DNA of 59,753 nucleotides from a virus (taxonomy: Duplodnaviria > Caudoviricetes). How positions within the stretch are numbered: the first letter of the stretch is position 1; every line of letters starts with the position of its first letter. The position numbers were made by a program, and so were the translations under genes. Where the stretch lies: IMG/VR virus record IMGVR_UViG_3300017700_000649, positions 1 to 59,753 of that record; one strand, written 5' to 3'. Below the pieces are notes generated by a model that saw only the letters and a list, made by a program, of their open reading frames with translations, was not told the origin of the DNA and searched no databases. Positions 53,261 through 59,753 of this stretch are shown piece after piece.

Positions 53261-54228
53261 GCAACCTTGTCCCCGTTTTCCAGAATCCAAAGGCCACGTC
53301 CAACTGGCTGGCCACGCTCAAGCCGCAGATGGAGCTGGCGCTGCCGAAGCACCTGAACGTCGACCGCATGACGCGCCTGGTGCTGACGGCCTTTTCCACC
53401 TCGCCAAAGCTGGCAGAGTGCACACCGCACTCGGTCGCGGCATCCATCATGACGGCCAGTCAGCTGGGCCTGGAGCCTGGTGTCAACGGTCAGGGCTACC
53501 TGATCCCTTACAAGGACACCTGCACCTTCGTGCCGGGCTGGAAAGGCCTTGTCGACCTCGCCAATCGCGGCGGCCGGTGCACGGTCTGGACGGGCGCCGT
53601 CTACAAGGGCGACGACTTCGACTACCAGTTGGGCGACAACCCGTTCGCGCGGCATCGCCCAGGCGACTCCGAAGAGTCCTTCGAGAGCCTGCAGTTCGTC
53701 TACGCGATTGGCCGCATCAAAGGCCAGGACGTGCCAGTAATCGAGGTCTGGACACGCGACAAGGTGATGCGCCACCTGAAGAAGTTCAACAAGGTCGGCG
53801 GCAAGCACTACGCCCTCAAGGACGACATGCTGAACTTCGAAATGTACGCCCGCAAGATCCCGCTGCTGCAGGTTCTGAAGTACATGCCCCAGAGCATCGA
53901 GCTCACGGCCGCCATGGTCGCCAGCAACGCGGCCGAGGAAGGCCGGACCATCAACATCGACGGCGCCACCTGGGTGACGACCGAGAACCCCAGCGACCAG
54001 CAGGACGGCGCAAGTGGTGCCGAGGTTGTCAACGCGCTGCCGGTCTGCACCGATGAGAAGTTCAACGCTAGCAAGGCCGGCTGGATGCAGCTCATCAAGA
54101 CCAAGGCCAAGTCCGTCAACGATCTCATCGCCACCCTCGAAACCAAGGAGGCGCTGACCAACGACCAGAAGGTGGAAATCGCCTCATGGGCCAAGCCTGA
54201 CCACGTAACTCCCGGAGCACAAGCATGA
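53257..54228 (+). CDS. recT: RecT-family single-strand annealing recombinase
   Basis: ALPKHL..LGLEPG..GQGYLIPY..GWKGLVDLA. Confidence 0.92.
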   Translation: MSNLVPVFQNPKATSNWLATLKPQMELALPKHLNVDRMTRLVLTAFSTSPKLAECTPHSVAASIMTASQLGLEPGVNGQGYLIPYKDTCTFVPGWKGLVDLANRGGRCTVWTGAVYKGDDFDYQLGDNPFARHRPGDSEESFESLQFVYAIGRIKGQDVPVIEVWTRDKVMRHLKKFNKVGGKHYALKDDMLNFEMYARKIPLLQVLKYMPQSIELTAAMVASNAAEEGRTINIDGATWVTTENPSDQQDGASGAEVVNALPVCTDEKFNASKAGWMQLIKTKAKSVNDLIATLETKEALTNDQKVEIASWAKPDHVTPGAQA

Positions 54229-56273
54229 AACAACTGCCACACAAGCAAGGCGACGCCAACTGGCACGCCCACCGCCTCACCGCTCGCAACGCCAGCGAAG
54301 CAGCTGCCGCGCTTGGCTGCCACCCGCAAAAGACGCGCCTGGAGCTGCTGCACGAAAAGAAGGTGGGCCTTCCTCGTGAACACAGCCAGTTCGTCCAGGA
54401 GCGGGTTTTCGCCGGCGGCCACGCCGTTGAGGCCAAGCTGCGGCCGGTGGCAGAGGCCATCATCGGCGAGGAAATCTACCCGGTGGTCGGCACGCAAATG
54501 GTGGACGACATTGAGCTCTCCGCTTCTTTTGACGGACTGCCGCTCTTCAAGTTGGAAAACTGGGAATGCAAGAGCCTGAACGACGAGCTGCGCGCCGCGC
54601 TGCCCATGCCTGGCCCTGACGGCAACGACGCCGCCAACCTCCCGAAATACCACCGCGTGCAGATGCAGCAACAGTGCATGGTCGGCGGCCTCACGCGAAC
54701 CTTGTTCACTGCCTCCGACGGTAACGGTGAAGACCGCCATTGCTGGTACTACCCCAGCGCCGACCTGGGCGCTGAAATCATCGCCGGCTGGAAGCAATTC
54801 GACATCGACCTGGCCGCCTATGTGCCGGTCGAGGTGCTGGACAAGCCGGTCATCATCGCCCGCCGCCCTGACCAGTTGCCAGCCCTCCGCTCTGTCGTCA
54901 AGGGTGAGCTGGTTCTTGAGTCGAATATCAAGGAATGGGAAGAAGCCGCCATGGCCTACATCCAAGGGGTGGCCGCGCACGAGCTTAAAACCGATGAAGA
55001 CTTTGAAAACGCTGATGCCGCCGTGAAATGGTGCGTGAGCAGCAAGAGCACGATGCTGGGCGTCCAGGCCTCGCTGATGAACTCTACCGGTGACGTGAAT
55101 GTTGCGGTCGACACCATCAACCGCATCGCCGACCAGCTGGACAAAACCCGCATCGCCTTCACCAGGCAGATTGACGCCCGCAAAGCAGCGCGCAAGGGCG
55201 AAATGCTGATCGAACACCAGACCCTGCTGGCCGACCACCTGCGCGACCTGAACAAGCGCCTGGGCCGGGACTTCATGCCCCAGATTCCCGTCGACTTCGC
55301 CGGCGCCATCCACGGCAAGCGCAGTTTTGACAGCATGGGCGCGGCCTTGAATGCAGCGCTGGCCAACGGCAAGATCGAGGCCAACCGGGTAGCCGACAAG
55401 ATCGCCGTGAACCTGCGTGTTATCGACGAGAAGGCCAAAGACCACGGCTTCCTGTTCAACGACAAGGCCACCCTGGTGCTGATGGAAAACGACCACTTCG
55501 CCCTGATGGTGGACAAGCGAATCAGCGACCACGCCGCCGAGCAAAAGCGCAAGGACGACGAGACGCGCGAGAACGCGCAGAAAGAAGCCGATGCCAAGGC
55601 CGCCGAGTTCAGCCGCGCCGCGCTGGTGAAGATCCAAGGTATCCAGAACCAGCTGCAGACCGCTCAAGGCGCCAAGCCAGCAGCCATCCGCAAACTGCTT
55701 GCCGACACCGAAGCCATTGTGGTGGACGAGGCTACCTTCGGCGTGCACTCCGACCTGGCTGTGGATGCGAAGCGTCAGACGATGGAAGCGCTGTTCGCCA
55801 TGGTGTACCACCCCAACGGCGCGCCAAAGTTCAGCGAGACCACCTTCAGGGACGACGGCCAGCCCATCATGCTCAACGACGACGGCACGCGCAGCGTCTT
55901 CTGTGACCTGGACGAGGAGCCTCAAGCCGCACCATCCGCCGAACCCGCGCCCGCGCCGGCCACCAAACCAGACCCAGCCATGCAGCAGGTTCACGCCGTG
56001 GTGCGCGCCGCCACGCCGCCAGCCGCAGCTCCAGCACCAGCCGCCCGCCAGCCGGTCAAGGTCGACAGCCCTCCCACCCTCTCGCTGGGCCAGATCGGAA
56101 CCCGCCTGGGCTTCAGCCTGACCGCCGCTTTCCTATCGACGCTGGGCTTTGACGGCGAGAAGGTCAAGGGCGCGGTGCTGTTCCATGAGCACCAGTTCAC
56201 CGAGATCTGCGATGCGCTGGATGACCACATCGTCGGCGTGCGTGGGAAGTACCGCGTCACCGAAACCGCTTAA
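54225..56273 (+). CDS. YqaJ-family exonuclease with long helical C-terminus
   Basis: WHAHR..ASEA..GH.VE..ASFDG..ECK..QMQQQ. Confidence 0.9.
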   Translation: MKQLPHKQGDANWHAHRLTARNASEAAAALGCHPQKTRLELLHEKKVGLPREHSQFVQERVFAGGHAVEAKLRPVAEAIIGEEIYPVVGTQMVDDIELSASFDGLPLFKLENWECKSLNDELRAALPMPGPDGNDAANLPKYHRVQMQQQCMVGGLTRTLFTASDGNGEDRHCWYYPSADLGAEIIAGWKQFDIDLAAYVPVEVLDKPVIIARRPDQLPALRSVVKGELVLESNIKEWEEAAMAYIQGVAAHELKTDEDFENADAAVKWCVSSKSTMLGVQASLMNSTGDVNVAVDTINRIADQLDKTRIAFTRQIDARKAARKGEMLIEHQTLLADHLRDLNKRLGRDFMPQIPVDFAGAIHGKRSFDSMGAALNAALANGKIEANRVADKIAVNLRVIDEKAKDHGFLFNDKATLVLMENDHFALMVDKRISDHAAEQKRKDDETRENAQKEADAKAAEFSRAALVKIQGIQNQLQTAQGAKPAAIRKLLADTEAIVVDEATFGVHSDLAVDAKRQTMEALFAMVYHPNGAPKFSETTFRDDGQPIMLNDDGTRSVFCDLDEEPQAAPSAEPAPAPATKPDPAMQQVHAVVRAATPPAAAPAPAARQPVKVDSPPTLSLGQIGTRLGFSLTAAFLSTLGFDGEKVKGAVLFHEHQFTEICDALDDHIVGVRGKYRVTETA

Positions 56274-56280
56274 GTTTTTC

Positions 56281-56344
56281 GGGCCATAGCCAGGGCGCTC
56301 CTCCATCCCTCCTCCCTCCCTCGTTGTCCTGGCTGCCCTTTTTT
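56281..56344 (+). terminator. Terminator-like hairpin with a CU-rich anti-SD loop
   Basis: AGCCAGG..CCTGGCT stem, CCTCC repeats in the loop, T6 tail. Confidence 0.6.
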
Positions 56345-56373
56345 ATTCGTTCCTCAACCAACCGGAGCATTTC

Positions 56374-56907
56374 ATGACCAAGACCTATGCAGCACCAGCC
56401 GACTACAGCGAAGAGCCGTATGTCGCCATCCCCATGACCCCAGTGGTTTCAAACCAGATTGCCGCCATCGGCTACAGCCTGGAGCGCAAGACGCTGGCCG
56501 TGACCTTCACGCTCGGCGCCGGCGCGATTTATCACTACCAGAACGTGACCCCAGAGCAGCACGCCGCCTTCGTCGGCGCTGAAAGCATTGGCAAGCACTT
56601 CGGCGCGTACATCCAGCCCTTGGCGTTCAAGAAGTTCCCGCCGGTCAAACCGGTCGAGGCCAAGAAAGCCAGCGAAGAAACGACCAGCACCACCGACACC
56701 CGGGGCCTGTCCAGCGCGGCGGCATGGCCTTTTCCAACGCTGAGCGCTGAAACCAGCGAAGCCCCGGTCCGCCGCATCGAAGAGCCTGCCGCCATCGAAT
56801 CTGGTGGCGGCGGCAACTTTGGCGGCGGCGGGGCTGAGTCGAGCTGGAGCGATTCGTCCAGTTCCAGCAGCTCCAGCGATTCCTGCAGCGCGTCTTCCAG
56901 CGACTGA
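56374..56907 (+). CDS. KTSC-domain protein with Gly/Ser tail
   Basis: VVSNQIAAIGY..L.VTF..YHYQNV..AESIGKHF..I. Confidence 0.85.
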   Translation: MTKTYAAPADYSEEPYVAIPMTPVVSNQIAAIGYSLERKTLAVTFTLGAGAIYHYQNVTPEQHAAFVGAESIGKHFGAYIQPLAFKKFPPVKPVEAKKASEETTSTTDTRGLSSAAAWPFPTLSAETSEAPVRRIEEPAAIESGGGGNFGGGGAESSWSDSSSSSSSSDSCSASSSD

Positions 56908-56938
56908 CCGCTCCACCTGACCCACACCGGACAACGCC

Positions 56939-57439
56939 ATGAACACCGCCCACAGAGCAGCATCCCGCGCCAAGCGAATCCCCCGGCCCATGTACAACCC
57001 GATTGCCCTGGCCATGGCCGGCTGCCGGACATTCACAGCCGACCAGTTGGAAATGCTGATGAAGCCCAACGTCGAGGCGGTACGGGTTCTGCAGTTCGGC
57101 GGGTTCGATGCCAGCCACTGGCGCGTCCTCGCTGATGCGTTTTCCATCGCCGAGGTGCTGGCCCAGCCACCGGTGAACCTGGCCAACGACCACAAGGACA
57201 AGTTCGAGGAAGCCCAGCTGGTGCTGTACGCGCTGTCCGAGCAGTCCCGTTACCGCGGCACCTGGACGGCACGCGCCGAGCAGCTGCAGGCCGTCAAGGA
57301 CGCCATGGAAATCTTCGAGATCCAGTTGGAGAACGTGGCCCAGGGCGAGTTTGAGCGCGCGGTGGAAAAGCTGAAGCGCCGGATGCAGGAGGCCATGCGT
57401 GGCAACGGCGGCCCGGTGCAACTGGTTCACGTCGCCTGA
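56939..57439 (+). CDS. Conserved phage hypothetical protein
   Basis: Helical; good codon usage. Confidence 0.7.
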   Translation: MNTAHRAASRAKRIPRPMYNPIALAMAGCRTFTADQLEMLMKPNVEAVRVLQFGGFDASHWRVLADAFSIAEVLAQPPVNLANDHKDKFEEAQLVLYALSEQSRYRGTWTARAEQLQAVKDAMEIFEIQLENVAQGEFERAVEKLKRRMQEAMRGNGGPVQLVHVA

Positions 57440-57496
57440 CCTCCCCACCCATCTACAGGGCGAAAGCCAGTACTGAAACACCTATTGGAGATTGAA

Positions 57497-57724
57497 ATGA
57501 GCCGAACAAGATTTGAAGCTGGCATCGAAAAGATGCAGGCCATGAAGACCGCCGAACAGGCTGGGCAAGTCGCCGATAGCATGGACGTTCGCATGGCACT
57601 GATGGAGCGCGTTCACAAAGGTGAAATCACGCTTGAGCAGGCTCAGGCCGAACTCAAGAAGATCAAGTCCGGCGCAAAGAAGCGCGGATTGGTCACTCGT
57701 TCACAAGCATTTTCGAGGGGCTGA
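57497..57724 (+). CDS. Hypothetical protein
   Basis: GGAG RBS; GEITLEQAQAELKKIK. Confidence 0.75.
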   Translation: MSRTRFEAGIEKMQAMKTAEQAGQVADSMDVRMALMERVHKGEITLEQAQAELKKIKSGAKKRGLVTRSQAFSRG

Positions 57725-57725
57725 T

Positions 57726-58220
57726 ATGACCTCCCCCACCCCCCAAGCCCCAGCCAGAGAGGCGGTAGAACACGAACTGAAGTGCTGGCTCGGCCCGTTC
57801 GATGCAATGGCACAAGGCCACAAGACGTTTGAGTTTCGCAAGAATGACCGAGATTTTGAGGTTGGCGACACGCTCCGACTTCGCAGGTTTCAGCCTATCG
57901 GCCAGAAGTACACGGGCGAAGTCATGGTCAGAACCGTCACCCACATCTTGCGCAACGGCTTCGGCTTGCCAGACGGCTACTGTGTCATGTCGCTCGATTC
58001 CGCCCTTCTCGCAGCCAAGCAGGAAGAGCTGGACAAGATGCGGGGAATTCTGGGCGGCGTTGTCGAGTTGGCCCGGGATGCTCACGCCCATTGGGATGGC
58101 GACCGTGACGCAAAGGTCGGCAAGCTGCTGCTGGCGCTTGCCGGGCATGTTCCCCGTTACGACCCGAGAGCCGACGCCCTGCATGCCGCCCTTAGTCCAT
58201 CACAAGGAGAAAAATCATGA
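57726..58220 (+). CDS. ASCH/DUF3850 domain fusion protein
   Basis: HELK..F..G.KTFEFRKNDRDFEVGD.L. Confidence 0.85.
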   Translation: MTSPTPQAPAREAVEHELKCWLGPFDAMAQGHKTFEFRKNDRDFEVGDTLRLRRFQPIGQKYTGEVMVRTVTHILRNGFGLPDGYCVMSLDSALLAAKQEELDKMRGILGGVVELARDAHAHWDGDRDAKVGKLLLALAGHVPRYDPRADALHAALSPSQGEKS

Positions 58221-59008
58221 CCCAAGATACCCAGACAGCAGCTCCAGGCGTTTCGGTGGAGGCGATGGCCTTTCGCAAGAAGCCAGTGGTAATCACGGCG
58301 GTGCAGATGACAAAGGAGGTCGCGGCCGCCTACCTGTTCGAAAAGAAGCCTCTGCCAGACGGAGTTGAATTCGCCAGTGCTTCGCACAACAACGGAAAGA
58401 TCAACAACTTCCACGCCTACATCGAAACGCTTGAGGGGCGCATGGCGGTGTCGATTGGAGACTGGATCATTACCGGCGTGAAGGGCGAGCGCTACCCATG
58501 CAAACCGGACATCTTTGAAATGACCTATGAGAGCGCCGCCCCTCCTCCCCCAGTGGGAGAGCTGCAAGGGGTGACGACCGAGATTGTCGCCAAGATGATC
58601 TACGAGACATGGAAAGAATGCCCCGAATATCGCTCTTGGCAGGACGGCGGCAACTCACTGAAACAGGACGAGGCGCGCAAAGTTGCCGGCCAGATCCTCG
58701 CCGCCAGCCGCCCAGCTGCACCGCAAGCAGCGGTGGATGCGGGGCCGTTGAGCAAGTCTGAACAAGAGGCGGTGCTGAAAGACCTTAGGGGCCTGGAATG
58801 CCTTATCAACCGGCACGACTGCTGGGAGGTAGAGGCCGACGCGATGGGTGCGGATGAGTGCAGCCCGCATCACCAGAAGCGCATAGCCGAATTGCTTGCC
58901 ATGGGCCGCGCCATCATCGCCGAAGACCCGGACTGCTGGAGCGACGAGCAAAAAGAGCCATTCAAACTTCGCTGGAGCGAGTCTACCGGGGAAGGGGCGC
59001 AATCATGA
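58217..59008 (+). CDS. Mosaic phage protein
   Basis: FRKKPVVITAVQ..IETLEG..GDWIITGVKGERYPCKPDIFEMTYE plus two further modules. Confidence 0.8.
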   Translation: MTQDTQTAAPGVSVEAMAFRKKPVVITAVQMTKEVAAAYLFEKKPLPDGVEFASASHNNGKINNFHAYIETLEGRMAVSIGDWIITGVKGERYPCKPDIFEMTYESAAPPPPVGELQGVTTEIVAKMIYETWKECPEYRSWQDGGNSLKQDEARKVAGQILAASRPAAPQAAVDAGPLSKSEQEAVLKDLRGLECLINRHDCWEVEADAMGADECSPHHQKRIAELLAMGRAIIAEDPDCWSDEQKEPFKLRWSESTGEGAQS

Positions 59009-59157
59009 GCGGCACCACGCACAAAGAAATGGTGGATTGGGCGTTTCAGCAAATCCTTGAGGGGCTGTGCCGGGGCGAACCACTGCGCGCTATCGCAACA
59101 ACCATCGTTATCGGCATTGCCACCATGACGGCAGAAAACGTGAAGGCGAAATCATGA
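59005..59157 (+). CDS. 50-aa hypothetical protein
   Basis: ATGA overlaps at both ends. Confidence 0.6.
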   Translation: MSGTTHKEMVDWAFQQILEGLCRGEPLRAIATTIVIGIATMTAENVKAKS

Positions 59158-59753
59158 CCACCCAAAACACCCCAGAGAGCACCAAGCCAGCACCCGATAT
59201 GGCGGTAGAGGCGATGGTTGAAATTCTCGCCCGCGAAATGGAGCGGCACAAGACGGCCTGTTACGAATGGACGCCCGAACAGTTCACCATCTGGTGGGAG
59301 AAAGACCCGGCCTGCCGGCGTGACGAGTTGCGCGCCACCGCCCGTGCTGGCTTGGTCGCTCTCGCCGCCTCTCGTGCGCCGGTTGCGGTGGGGGTGGAGC
59401 CGATAGGCTTTGACCCAAGGGCGCTGTATCTCATCGGCTACAACCTGAACCGCTACGAGTGGACAGACAAAGACTTGGACGGGATGGCCCGGAAGCTCAT
59501 CGACATGAGCGGCATCTGCACAAATTGCCACGGCGACGGCGTGGACGGGGAACAGGACGGTGACCGCACGTTGAGCTGGGCCTGCACGGATTGCAACGGC
59601 TCTGGCTCCATCGTCACACCCTCTGCCGGTGCTGGTGGCTCAGTGGGTGCAGAGGGTGACGCGGCGTCAGGCATCAAGCCGGGCGAAACCGTAGCCGAAG
59701 CGACCGAGGGCTGGGCGCAGTGGTGCGAGGCTCGCGGAAACAGCATGCTTGCA
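59154..59753 (+). CDS. 5' part of the mosaic protein continuing to 489
   Basis: Open to the window end; CTNCHGDG..CTDCNGSG DnaJ-type zinc finger. Confidence 0.8.
   Translation, partial: MTTQNTPESTKPAPDMAVEAMVEILAREMERHKTACYEWTPEQFTIWWEKDPACRRDELRATARAGLVALAASRAPVAVGVEPIGFDPRALYLIGYNLNRYEWTDKDLDGMARKLIDMSGICTNCHGDGVDGEQDGDRTLSWACTDCNGSGSIVTPSAGAGGSVGAEGDAASGIKPGETVAEATEGWAQWCEARGNSMLA
59631..59753 (+). repeat. 123-bp terminal direct repeat, right copy
   Basis: Identical to 1-123. Confidence 0.97.

Larger units (their letters stand above)
1..59630. mobile_element. Complete temperate tailed phage genome (podovirus-type virion genes, lambdoid regulation), circular form
   Basis: Integrase with intact attP, cI/cro, replication, terminase, portal, capsid and lysis genes; no host housekeeping genes; terminal redundancy. 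Confidence 0.95.

Noticed and set aside
53808-55994. Long antisense ORFs (728 aa here; also 10048-11589, 27014-28327 and others)
   Set aside because: Shadow frames of GC-rich genes, with no RBS or recognisable motifs
59631-59753. 123-bp repeat as a biological terminal repeat or att site
   Set aside because: It falls mid-ORF, far from the integrase and terminase; most simply a circular-assembly overlap
1-59753. DGR, retron, CRISPR array, invertase shufflon or stop-codon recoding
   Set aside because: No reverse transcriptase, cas or invertase motifs seen; core genes are intact in the standard code

Overview
The window is a complete, circularly assembled temperate phage genome of about 59,630 bp; bases 1-123 recur exactly at 59631-59753 and one ORF runs across that join. 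The host is probably a betaproteobacterium of the Comamonadaceae (inferred from GC content, gene families and a recalled repeat). It has a lambdoid immunity region (divergent cro/cI, five 15-bp operators), a RecT/YqaJ early arm, a DUF1376/DnaB replication and nin arm, a Q-like gene and late promoter, a tRNA-Trp, and podovirus-type virion genes (N4-gp56-type capsid). It also carries a lysis cassette with nested Rz1, an integrase with attP, a membrane-protein moron and a 2817-aa polyvalent protein. Top leads: (1) three, possibly four, 45-69 aa ORFs nested in the +1 frame of the polyvalent gene's linkers, three with their own RBS, and host-like codon bias shifting into the nested frame; (2) a 58-bp fixed-spacing element in two direct-repeat pairs, one bracketing a whole gene and one an in-frame 394-codon module of the polyvalent gene; (3) two multibranch RNAs of about 120 nt in the early and late leaders. 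All product calls are by motif recognition by eye; no searches were run.
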